A stretch of 64,000 nt of DNA from Promethearchaeota archaeon (GTDB lineage: Archaea > Asgardarchaeota > Lokiarchaeia > Sigyniarchaeales > SOKP01). The stretch spans positions 1-64,000 of the forward strand of contig JAFGOA010000063.1 in NCBI GenBank assembly GCA_016926735.1, read 5' to 3'. Shown here piece by piece: positions 49,534-59,096 of the stretch. The position numbers and the translations under genes were made by a program. Below the pieces are notes generated by a model, which was given only the letters and a program-made list of their open reading frames with translations, was not told where the DNA came from and made no database searches. Within the stretch, counting starts at the first letter, position 1; the number at the start of each line of letters is the position of its first letter.

Positions 49534-51030
49534 ATGAAATCTCTTCCTTTTTTATATTTAAAACAAATATTCAAGATGAATATGGTAAAAAATAAAGATT
49601 GGTTATTTGAATTAATTAATCTATATCGAAATGATGTTAAAACTCCCACCGATATAAATGGTTTTGAACTAAATACTGGATTTGACTTAAGGCCACCATT
49701 ACAAATATCTATTTTATGGTTCGAAAGTGAGATAAATAATATTCAATTTTTTTTAATTAGTCATTCTAAAGAGTTCCCAGATAAACAGATTAATATTTTT
49801 GGACCATTTAAAATCCAGAATAAAATAGATATCGAAAATTTTGAAACTATTTTAAATACAGAAAAATTATTTAAACATATTAAAGATGACCAAAATGAAA
49901 ATCTTATTGATGATCTAAAGGAAAGATTGTTTAAAATCACACAAAATAATATTAAGCTTTTGGCAAATGAACCAAGAAATGCCTTTGGTAATAGTGGTGT
50001 ATTTTATGATATGTGTCATTATATAATATATGAGGGGAATATATTTAATAATTCTATAACCAAGATTATTCAAGCTTTTCATAAAACTAAAGAAATTAGT
50101 AGAAATTTATATATTATGCATAAAGAACTACCTCTAAAATATGAAATGATACCATTTTTTGCTGGATATATTCTTCCTCCTATATGGTTTGGAGAGTATC
50201 CAAAATTATCTATCACAGATAACCTAAAAGGTAAAAAACTAAGAGGATTTATCAAGAGGATTTACGAAGGGGAGATCGCTGGAAAAAAAATTATTATTGA
50301 GAATGATGGATATATGGGGATTGCTATAAATGATAATAGAGATGGACAATTCGAAAATAAGGAATTATATGATACAATTAAAATTCTAAATTTTTTTTTT
50401 GGTATTATCCTTCTTAAAGGATATAAAATTCAATCTATTCAAACAAGTGACTTTTCATATACAACCTATTTACCTAAGTCAGGTTACTTTACACAAACTT
50501 ATAGAAACCATTCGAAATCAGAAAAACTATTTAAAGAAAGAAATGAAAATTTAAAAATAAAAGAATTTATAAAAGCAAGAAATAAAATCTCTACAGATGA
50601 GCTAAAAAAAATAATAGATAATACTAATAAATTAATTCAATATGATAAAATCATAGATTTATTAGGTATATTCATTCAATCATATTCTAATTTATCTAAA
50701 AATGAGATTATTCAATCTTTTATCTTAAGTTGGACATTAATTGAAGAATATCTTAATTATATATGGGAATCTTTGTTAGAAGGGAAAAACATTTCCAATA
50801 GTAAAAGAATAGATAAGCTTAAAGGAAGAGATTTTACAGCGAGTATTATATCCGAAATATTAAATATAACAGGAAATATAGATAATAATGAACTAAAAAT
50901 CTTAAATCGATTGCGGAAGAAGCGAAATGCTTTTATGCATGATCTAAAACCTATAAATTATAAAATAGCAGTAGAATCTTTTGATTTAGCGTTAAACTAT
51001 TTGCAAAAAAGAATAAAAAAATTATTATAA
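49534..51030 (+). CDS. HEPN domain protein
   Basis: SFILSWTLIEEYL...LNRLRKKRNAFMHDL (Rx4H); true start may be a downstream ATG. Confidence 0.75.
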   Translation: MKSLPFLYLKQIFKMNMVKNKDWLFELINLYRNDVKTPTDINGFELNTGFDLRPPLQISILWFESEINNIQFFLISHSKEFPDKQINIFGPFKIQNKIDIENFETILNTEKLFKHIKDDQNENLIDDLKERLFKITQNNIKLLANEPRNAFGNSGVFYDMCHYIIYEGNIFNNSITKIIQAFHKTKEISRNLYIMHKELPLKYEMIPFFAGYILPPIWFGEYPKLSITDNLKGKKLRGFIKRIYEGEIAGKKIIIENDGYMGIAINDNRDGQFENKELYDTIKILNFFFGIILLKGYKIQSIQTSDFSYTTYLPKSGYFTQTYRNHSKSEKLFKERNENLKIKEFIKARNKISTDELKKIIDNTNKLIQYDKIIDLLGIFIQSYSNLSKNEIIQSFILSWTLIEEYLNYIWESLLEGKNISNSKRIDKLKGRDFTASIISEILNITGNIDNNELKILNRLRKKRNAFMHDLKPINYKIAVESFDLALNYLQKRIKKLL

Positions 51031-51319
51031 TTAAAATAAGAAAAATATATAAAAAAATAAATTAATTCTCTTTTTTTATAATCTCTAAAACATATATATT
51101 ACATCTGATCATAGGTTGCATCTAATTCTGATTGACGTTCTTCTTAATATTCTTTTTCATATTTATATTTTTCATGATAAATTATTTTATATCGTTAGAA
51201 TTTTGGGAATTTTCTTAGAAATAACTTAAAGTTTAGGAAAGATAAAAATAATCTCTTCATAACCTTTAATCTTTCCATCTTTCAGAGAATACTATTTTAT
51301 CACCGGATTTATTAATAAT

Positions 51320-51868
51320 CTATAATTTCGGGTCCTGATAAAAAATCTTGATTGAAGTTTTAATTAAATAATTAGATACTGGATCTTCCATTCCTTCTAA
51401 TGCTTGTATTATTGATTTTTCTTCTAATGAAATATATTCGTTAGTTTTAAAAATATCCTTAATTCTATGAAATATCCTTATTATTGCGTTCCGATCTTCA
51501 TATTTAAATTCTTTATAATTACAAATTAAATGTCTTGCTAAATCATTTGAGTTCTTTATTTTCCAGATTTCCTTTTCTTTTTTTGATTCTCTATTTATTT
51601 TTCTCTCTTTTTTTTCTAAATTGTTTCGAAATTTAAAGAAAGTTCCTTCTCTTATAATCGTCTTAACTATTATGTTCTGTTTCTCAAACCATTCTTTGTT
51701 GTCTTCGAGTATCTTTCTATATTTCCAATTATTTCTGAGGGTAGGATCATCTGGAATATAATTTTCGATTTCATTTAGAAATTTTTCCTCTGTTTCAGTT
51801 CCATAAAATTGGATTTTAATATATGCTCGTACTGAATCTATATATGAAGTGATAGATTTTTTTTTTAT
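51320..51868 (-). CDS. Unannotated ~182-codon ORF lacking a canonical start (ATA start or pseudogene)
   Basis: Hand translation: IKKKSITSYIDSVRAYIKIQFYGTETEEKFLNEIENYIPDDPTLRNNWKYRK...FYQDPKL*; first ATG only about 25 codons from the end. Confidence 0.55.
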   Translation of the reverse strand: MKKKSITSYIDSVRAYIKIQFYGTETEEKFLNEIENYIPDDPTLRNNWKYRKILEDNKEWFEKQNIIVKTIIREGTFFKFRNNLEKKERKINRESKKEKEIWKIKNSNDLARHLICNYKEFKYEDRNAIIRIFHRIKDIFKTNEYISLEEKSIIQALEGMEDPVSNYLIKTSIKIFYQDPKL

Positions 51869-51933
51869 TCTTTAAAAGATTTTAAATAAAAAAACCAATA
51901 AATAAAATAAAAATATATGAATCCCGATTCTAA

Positions 51934-54909
51934 TTATATAAATAAATATTCTCTGATTACTTTACTAGATTCGACTGATTTAAGGATATTTAATCCATGA
52001 ACAATAATCTCTTTTAAATCTACTTGAATTAAAGAATTAAGTTCAGATTCTTTTATTTTATCCCCTTTTTCAATATAATTTCTTACTTTCTTATGACAAG
52101 ATTCTGAAAGTGACGCGATTAATAATTGTTCTTTAGTATTATTAAACTTAGGGATGTTGAAATAGAGTGGTCTTTTATGATGATGTCTTGTATCGCTGAT
52201 AATTTTTACGCTTTTAGATAATTCAGGAATATTTAGCATCCCACATAGATAGTGAGCTTCTATTTTATTAGTAGTGCCATAATAATAAAGAGTAGAATCA
52301 ATGAAAATTCTTCCATTAGGATCTTCGATAACAGCGGAACACAAGCTCTTAGCATTTGGAAATATAATCTTATAAGGCATCCTTTGTTTCTTTTTAACAA
52401 TAGAATTTGTACATAGTTTATTTCTATAGTTAATTCCGATATCAAACAAATCTTTGTTCAATACTTTAAAATATATATCTTTTATTAATTCCCAATGTTT
52501 TCTACTAAATGGTCCTAAAGAGGAGATTGAATACGCATAATTTTTATTTAAAGGTAAAAAAATATATCTGGGTTCTATATAAAAAGGATACATTTCTCTT
52601 GAAAGTGTAGCTTGAAAAAGACAATCAGTTTCTATCCTTTGATTTTTATAGTGAGATTTATTCCAAGGTGCTTTGGCTTGTGGGGATATCCAAGGATTAA
52701 TTACTGCAATATTACCATTTTGAACTATATTTGAGACTTCACAATAGAGAAGTGATTTTGGTATTAGATCGGCTCCTTGTAAGAACCTTCTATAATAATC
52801 GGAGAGATGACATGGTAGTAAATCATTTTTTTTTTCAGATTTTATTAATTTTTTAATGGTATATTTTTGTCCTGATTTTTCTTGGAAATAAATATATGGT
52901 TCACGATGATACATTTCTATGTCCTGCATATCATTATGATTAATAAAATGGCTTATTATGGGATACTTATCAAAAACCTTGTTAATAGGCGATTCTTGTC
53001 TATTATATAATGCAAATATACAACAACAATCTATATTAAAAACCATATCATCAAATTCAAATAGTTCAATATTTTCAAAGGGTTCAAATCGTCTAGCTTT
53101 CTCGTTTTGAGAGGACATAATAAGAGATTTAGGCATAACAAAAGCTATTTTTCCTTTTCCATCTTTTTTAAGATAAAGATCAGGAATTTTATATAGAAAT
53201 ACCACAGCTTCTTCTATATTGGTAATATTTTGAGCTGCTGGTTTTATATCAAATTGATCTGATATTTTCTTCATTGTTTTTTTTAATTTTGGATCTGCAT
53301 CTTTATAAGTTAACCAAGGAGGATTAGTTATTATAAGATCCATTTTTTTCCTAAGTAACAAAATTCGAATCCCAACTAAATTATTAAGAATGTACAACCA
53401 AATATGATCTTTATCTTTTATCTTTAGATCAAAAAGAATCTTAAAAAATTGGTGAATTGATTTATTATTTTCACTATCTTGTTCAGAATATATTTCCTTG
53501 AGAATTTCATTAGATGAAATTGCTGCATCCCAAGTATCCTTGAATTTATTAAAATCTTCCCAAACATTATAAATTGCTTTAATTAATAATTGAAAGCTTT
53601 CTATTTTCGATGGTTCTAAAAAGTCACTAGGAATTTTCAACTGTAGCTCATCACTAATGAGATCTACACAAAATGAATAATATTTACCTAATTCTAGATC
53701 GGATGATTCAGAAAATTCTAAGGGATCAATAGAATTGCAGAGATATATATTTATATCAATCTTCTCTATGAAATCCTTTTTATCTTTAAAATATAAAATA
53801 CAATTAGCTTTTGTAGTGAGTACTGCAATTGGATTAATATCAAATCCAAATATATTATTAATCGCATTAAACCATTGTTCGGGAAGATTACTATTTTTTA
53901 AGATATTATAGTATTGGTCTATATTTTTGTATATTTCAATTATAAAAGTACCAGAACCACAAGAAGAATCTAAAACACGATCTCCTATTTTATAGAATTT
54001 ATCTACCATTTTTTTACATAATAATTCAGGTGTATAATATTCTCCCAACTTATGTCGTACACCTGCTATTATCATTTCTTGATAAATCGTTCTAAATATA
54101 TCTGTTGCTTTTAAACTCAATAATTTTATTTTTTCAAAGTAATCATCACATAAATTAGGAACGTTGATTACCCAAAGAAAGAAATCATGATGAAATAATG
54201 AAATTCCTAATAATTCAAAGTAATTCTTTAAGTCTTTAAAGTAATCACGAGAATATTGCTCTGGATCAAGAAATTCTTTGTATAAAATTAATTTTATTAA
54301 CATACTTAGATAAGAATGTCTTAAGAATAATTCCTTTCCTACCTCTTGATCATGGTAAGCAAGAGAAAAATGTTTTTTCCACTGTTGAAAGCAAACAGTT
54401 TTTTCACCATTATGATCATCAAATCTATTTTCCAATCTTGAATATGCTAAAATATATAATGGTGAATTTACTCCAAAAAGAGTTGCAAATTGCTCTGAAT
54501 CAATTTTCTTTGGCTCTAATAAACATTCTAAGAGAGATTTAATTGTTTTTTCATTAACATCGCATTTATTTTTTAATATTAAATTCGTATCATAATACCA
54601 AATAAAAGATTCTGAAATAACTACCAGAAGTGATGGATTCCTTCCCCTTGTTTTATAATATTCTTCAATATACTGCCTTCCTTTAGATTCAACCCAAAGA
54701 TTTAATGTTTTTTTTTTTATCTTAAATTTAAAATCTATGATAATATCTCCAATTAAACAATCAGGTTTTCCCCTTAAAATTCGATTTTGAGCTTGATAAA
54801 CGAGTCCTATTCTATCAAACCAACTATCAAATCGATGTTCTATGTCATATTCATTAGAAGCTCTTTTGATTTTAGTAGTATCTATTTCTAAATCTTTTAT
54901 TAAGAACAT
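51934..54909 (-). CDS. Type IIG/IIL restriction-modification enzyme (nuclease + N6-MTase + TRD)
   Basis: N-terminal KPD..IIIDFK PD-(D/E)xK; LGEYYTP, DSSCGSGTF, GFDINP, ITNPPW. Confidence 0.88.
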   Translation of the reverse strand: MFLIKDLEIDTTKIKRASNEYDIEHRFDSWFDRIGLVYQAQNRILRGKPDCLIGDIIIDFKFKIKKKTLNLWVESKGRQYIEEYYKTRGRNPSLLVVISESFIWYYDTNLILKNKCDVNEKTIKSLLECLLEPKKIDSEQFATLFGVNSPLYILAYSRLENRFDDHNGEKTVCFQQWKKHFSLAYHDQEVGKELFLRHSYLSMLIKLILYKEFLDPEQYSRDYFKDLKNYFELLGISLFHHDFFLWVINVPNLCDDYFEKIKLLSLKATDIFRTIYQEMIIAGVRHKLGEYYTPELLCKKMVDKFYKIGDRVLDSSCGSGTFIIEIYKNIDQYYNILKNSNLPEQWFNAINNIFGFDINPIAVLTTKANCILYFKDKKDFIEKIDINIYLCNSIDPLEFSESSDLELGKYYSFCVDLISDELQLKIPSDFLEPSKIESFQLLIKAIYNVWEDFNKFKDTWDAAISSNEILKEIYSEQDSENNKSIHQFFKILFDLKIKDKDHIWLYILNNLVGIRILLLRKKMDLIITNPPWLTYKDADPKLKKTMKKISDQFDIKPAAQNITNIEEAVVFLYKIPDLYLKKDGKGKIAFVMPKSLIMSSQNEKARRFEPFENIELFEFDDMVFNIDCCCIFALYNRQESPINKVFDKYPIISHFINHNDMQDIEMYHREPYIYFQEKSGQKYTIKKLIKSEKKNDLLPCHLSDYYRRFLQGADLIPKSLLYCEVSNIVQNGNIAVINPWISPQAKAPWNKSHYKNQRIETDCLFQATLSREMYPFYIEPRYIFLPLNKNYAYSISSLGPFSRKHWELIKDIYFKVLNKDLFDIGINYRNKLCTNSIVKKKQRMPYKIIFPNAKSLCSAVIEDPNGRIFIDSTLYYYGTTNKIEAHYLCGMLNIPELSKSVKIISDTRHHHKRPLYFNIPKFNNTKEQLLIASLSESCHKKVRNYIEKGDKIKESELNSLIQVDLKEIIVHGLNILKSVESSKVIREYLFI

Positions 54910-55030
54910 AATAACAATTCTTTTTATTGAACGTGATTTTTTGAATCTTAAGGAAATTACAAATTTATAATACTCCTATATTTTTTTAAATCTTTGCTAT
55001 TAATGACTATAAAATAAGAGTAATATACAA

Positions 55031-55552
55031 ATGATACAACATAAATCTCTGAATTATTTATTGGAAAAAACATCTACTTTTAACCAAATTAAATTAGGAA
55101 AGATAAAAACTGCTTTAGAAAGTATAGCAAGAAAGAATGGTGAAGATGAATATTATGCAATAGATATATTAAATGAAAAAAGAAAAATAGAAATCGGATT
55201 AGATGAAGTAAAGACCTTAAGAAATAGATATATATGGATCTGGATAACTATACCTTATAAGGAAAATACTTTTTTAAAAATCCAAGAATTAAATGATATT
55301 TATAATCTTCCAAAAAAGGATTATATTAAATTATTAGAAATAGACAATAATAAATTTATTAAATTTGTAGAAAAAATTGAAATATGTGCTGTTTTTAAAG
55401 ATGTATTTGAGATTTTAAAAGAGAAGTATGATATTAATAGTACTTTTTTAAATGAAAATGAATGGATATACATTCAAAATACAAATATATGGAATGAAGC
55501 AGAAATCCAAACTGCTCGAGAATTAATTGCTGAAAAACTTTTAAATCAATAA
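55031..55552 (+). CDS. Hypothetical protein
   Basis: 173-aa ORF; no motif recognised. Confidence 0.6.
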   Translation: MIQHKSLNYLLEKTSTFNQIKLGKIKTALESIARKNGEDEYYAIDILNEKRKIEIGLDEVKTLRNRYIWIWITIPYKENTFLKIQELNDIYNLPKKDYIKLLEIDNNKFIKFVEKIEICAVFKDVFEILKEKYDINSTFLNENEWIYIQNTNIWNEAEIQTARELIAEKLLNQ

Positions 55553-55819
55553 TAAAAACATCCCAAATACCTCTAATTCTCTAATCTTTTTCTAAAAGAT
55601 TATAGACCAAATAAAATAACAAAAATTTGAAGTTTTAAAAGAAAAACATTAGATTCTTAGATAAAAGGAATATATTGATTATTTATTGATGTATATATTC
55701 ACACTCAATTCATCCATATTAAAGAAAGCAGTCTTCTTGGGTGATAACGTATAAAAAACAAAGTATAAATATTATTTAAAATAAGTTTTTTTTACTAAAA
55801 TTAAATAATAAATTCTATC

Positions 55820-56275
55820 ATGAATTCTAAAGTAGGATATATTAAGATTGTTAATGTTTTAATTCTTCCCTTAGCTATCTTCATTTTTGTTAATAAGCTT
55901 TATCTTGATATCGTTTTAGACGGAATTCATTCATTTGGATCCACATTGGGAATTATTTTTATAATTTTTGTTTTTATAATGTTTATTATTGTGATATTAA
56001 AGGATTATTTTCAATCAAAATTAAAAAAAATGGATGAAACAATAGTTCCTTATCAATCAAGAACCTATGCTATCATTCTTGTTATAATCGGACTCTCACA
56101 ATTTATTTTAGGGATTACTCTCCCTTGGCTTATTAAAAATAGATTTGAGTGGATAAATATTGCCTCAAATATTGTATTACTCTTTATTGTAGATTGGGAT
56201 ATTGCATTTCCTAAATTCTCAAAAAAAATAGAAGGATTTCTTGAATTTATTAGGAGAATTTTACGATATACTTAA
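55820..56275 (+). CDS. Hypothetical membrane protein (~4 TM)
   Basis: Four hydrophobic segments. Confidence 0.65.
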   Translation: MNSKVGYIKIVNVLILPLAIFIFVNKLYLDIVLDGIHSFGSTLGIIFIIFVFIMFIIVILKDYFQSKLKKMDETIVPYQSRTYAIILVIIGLSQFILGITLPWLIKNRFEWINIASNIVLLFIVDWDIAFPKFSKKIEGFLEFIRRILRYT

Positions 56276-56358
56276 TTAAATTAAAAGTTAAAATAATTAG
56301 GATTAAAAATATACTTTTTTTTTTATAATTAAGATTCTTAAATAGAATAAGGTATTTA

Positions 56359-57231
56359 TTATAAATATTTTTTAAAGAACTCTAACATTTTTTTTGGAGA
56401 ATGGCTAAACCAATCATATGATTCTAATCTTTTTGTAGTTCCTTTAATCCAATACATTTCTTTTTCGACCTTTAATTCGTTATAGTATTCTTTTACCCAA
56501 TCAAGGTTTGCCCATGGATCTCCTTCTGCTTGAACTACTAAAGTAGGAACTGTGATATTTTTTACGTTAGATAAACATGATGCGTAAAAATCAACTCCGC
56601 CACGTTCAAGGTTTATTTCATTTGCTCCTCTTACTTTTTTTTCAGAAAATCCATATCCTTTGATAAAATCTGAAATAACTATTGGTTGATTTGCTATAAG
56701 TGCTTTGATATTCTTATATTCTTGAAGTCCATTTTCAATTCCATATGCATAAGTAGTGGAATTTGCCCCCATACAGTAACTTAGAAGACCTATATTGCTA
56801 TCTTTATAATCATTATGAGTTGATATAAAATTAACAGCGGCAAGTACATCCTTATATTCTTCAACACCTCCCGCAATCCATTCAATTATACCTTTTTCAC
56901 TATTGCCGTGGTTTCTTAAGTCATACATCAGCACAGTATATCCTTCTTTTATAAGATGCCTCATTGTATTCAAATAATTTATTTCTTTTTTGTATGGCTT
57001 TGTCACTCCTTTTCCTTTAGGCGTATACCCACTTCTGCTAGATTGCATTCCAAAATGAGTAAATATAATAACTTTTTCTTTCTTTCCTTTAATTAGCCAT
57101 CCAGATAAGGTAATACCATCACTTGCTTTAAATGTTACATCTTCATACTCAAATCCAAAATCTTTCGGATTACTAAATACGGGGGAATGTCCTGGTTTTG
57201 CAACTGAATTTGCGATAAATTTTTCTAACAT
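56359..57231 (-). CDS. Alpha/beta hydrolase
   Basis: FKASDGITLSGW, YDLRNHGNSE, nucleophile elbow SYCMGA, VPTLVVQAEGDPW. Confidence 0.88.
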   Translation of the reverse strand: MLEKFIANSVAKPGHSPVFSNPKDFGFEYEDVTFKASDGITLSGWLIKGKKEKVIIFTHFGMQSSRSGYTPKGKGVTKPYKKEINYLNTMRHLIKEGYTVLMYDLRNHGNSEKGIIEWIAGGVEEYKDVLAAVNFISTHNDYKDSNIGLLSYCMGANSTTYAYGIENGLQEYKNIKALIANQPIVISDFIKGYGFSEKKVRGANEINLERGGVDFYASCLSNVKNITVPTLVVQAEGDPWANLDWVKEYYNELKVEKEMYWIKGTTKRLESYDWFSHSPKKMLEFFKKYL

Positions 57232-57314
57232 TTTAATTCCTCTATCCTATAATTTATTTTTATCTCACTTATCTTTTATATTATTTTTAAAGTAATTTTT
57301 AAAATTATCTTAAA

Positions 57315-57447
57315 TGAGTGACTCGTCACTCAATATTATTATTAGAAATGAATCATCACTCATATATAAATGTTTTTTTTTGTAATAATAAAGCTTAAAA
57401 ATTATTAAGTATAATTTATTTATAAATAATTATGAGTCATCACTCAT
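57315..57447. promoter_or_regulatory. Three palindromic TetR operator-like sites
   Basis: TGAGTGAC-TC-GTCACTCA (57315-32, perfect); ATGAATCATCACTCAT (57348-63); ATGAGTCATCACTCAT (57432-47); between the divergent hydrolase and TetR genes. Confidence 0.8.
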
Positions 57448-57484
57448 TATAATCATATTAATAACCAAAATCAAAATAATTTAT

Positions 57485-58066
57485 ATGTCAAAAAATAAAG
57501 AAAGAAGGCAGGAAATATTAAATCATGCTCTAAATTTATTTGTCGAAAAAGGGTATCATGAAACACGTACTTCTGAAATCTCAGAGAGTGTTGGAATTGC
57601 TTCAGGGACTTTATTTAATTATTTTGATAAGAAAGAGGAATTAATCAATAATTTATATATTCAAATTAAAGAGGAGCTTTTTTCAATTTTAATCAATAAA
57701 AAACCCTCAGATGAGCATATATACAGCTATATAAAGAGGAATTGGATGAATTTTGTTTCATGGGGTGTGAAAAATCATAAAAAAGTTCTTTTTATTATGC
57801 AAATGGAGGATTCTCCAATAATTTCAGAAGAAATTAAAAATAAGGTTGAAGCTAAAGTTGCTGATTATATCTCAATTTATGAAGAAGGGATTACTCAAGG
57901 GTTATTAAAAGATATTCCATCAATGCTTGGTTTAAGAATGTATTATAATGCTGTTTTTTCTACTATTAATTATATCGTTAAATTTGAATCGAATATAACG
58001 GAAGCACAGCAGGCTGAAATTTCAGAAAAAGCATTTAATAATTATCTATATGGAGTCAGACTTTAA
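57485..58066 (+). CDS. TetR/AcrR family transcriptional regulator
   Basis: ILNHALNLFVEKGYHETRTSEISESVGIASGTLFNYFDKKEEL. Confidence 0.95.
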   Translation: MSKNKERRQEILNHALNLFVEKGYHETRTSEISESVGIASGTLFNYFDKKEELINNLYIQIKEELFSILINKKPSDEHIYSYIKRNWMNFVSWGVKNHKKVLFIMQMEDSPIISEEIKNKVEAKVADYISIYEEGITQGLLKDIPSMLGLRMYYNAVFSTINYIVKFESNITEAQQAEISEKAFNNYLYGVRL

Positions 58067-58069
58067 GAA

Positions 58070-59020
58070 ATGGATCTTTTTACTCATTTTGTTTTTGGTT
58101 TGCTAATGTATGTCTTTTTTTTAAAAGATGTAACTTTTAATTATATCATACTTGCCTTATTTGCGTCAATTTTGCCTGATTTAGATGTTTTTTTATCTCC
58201 TTTAAAAAGAAAATTCAAATCAAATTACCTTGAACATCGAGGCGGATCTCATTCTTACATAATTGGAATAATAACATCTTTAGTTATTGGTTTATTATTT
58301 GCTTTACTCACACATCAATCATTTTTCTTATCTTGGCTTATAAGCTCGATTTTTTATAGTCTTCATGTATCTATGGATCTTCTTACAACATCAAAAATCC
58401 CCTATTTATATCCTCTTTCTAAAAAGGAATATTGTTTTTATGTAGAAAAAGCAGGTAGTCTGTTTACAATGATAAATTCAATAGTTTTTCTAATCTTATT
58501 GCAATTATTAGTATATAATTCTGCTGATATTTTTCTGCTTAATTTATATGCTAATTTTTATACCATTTTTTTTATTGCTTATTATATATACCGAATACTT
58601 TCAAAAATCCTAATCTCTTTAGATCTTAAAAAAGAATATAAATATTTTCCTGGAATTTTACCTTTTAATTATTTTCTATATAAATTTGATTATTCTGGAA
58701 GTAAAATATCACAAAGTATAGAGAGAAAATCTCATTTTTGGAAAAAAAAAAAGATACAAAATATTGATAACATATTAGATACTGAAGAAAAAGAGATATT
58801 CATGAAAGCTATAGAAAAGTGTAAAAAAATATACTATTACACAAAATGGACTTTGTTTCCTATTTTTATTCGAAATGGTGTTTTATTTACTGTGAAATTT
58901 TTCTTTTTAGAAACCATGATAAGGAATAGAACGATGTATATTCAATTTGATTTTAACAAACTTACTCACAATCTAATTAATACTTCTCGAGGATCTGGTA
59001 TTATTTCAACTGTTTGTTGA
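58070..59020 (+). CDS. Membrane-bound metal-dependent hydrolase (YdjM-like)
   Basis: MDLFTH, SILPDLD, HRGGSHS, LHVSMDLLT. Confidence 0.88.
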   Translation: MDLFTHFVFGLLMYVFFLKDVTFNYIILALFASILPDLDVFLSPLKRKFKSNYLEHRGGSHSYIIGIITSLVIGLLFALLTHQSFFLSWLISSIFYSLHVSMDLLTTSKIPYLYPLSKKEYCFYVEKAGSLFTMINSIVFLILLQLLVYNSADIFLLNLYANFYTIFFIAYYIYRILSKILISLDLKKEYKYFPGILPFNYFLYKFDYSGSKISQSIERKSHFWKKKKIQNIDNILDTEEKEIFMKAIEKCKKIYYYTKWTLFPIFIRNGVLFTVKFFFLETMIRNRTMYIQFDFNKLTHNLINTSRGSGIISTVC

Positions 59021-59096
59021 AATTTTATAGAGACAATAATTATTTATAATAACCATAAAATTGTGATTAAATCCAACAACCTCATAAAAATATAAA

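Noticed and set aside
59012-59096. Cys-TGA at the end of the YdjM-like gene as a possible C-terminal CU selenoprotein motif
   Set aside because: The family is not redox-active, the read-through peptide looks like intergenic sequence, and no SECIS was seen.
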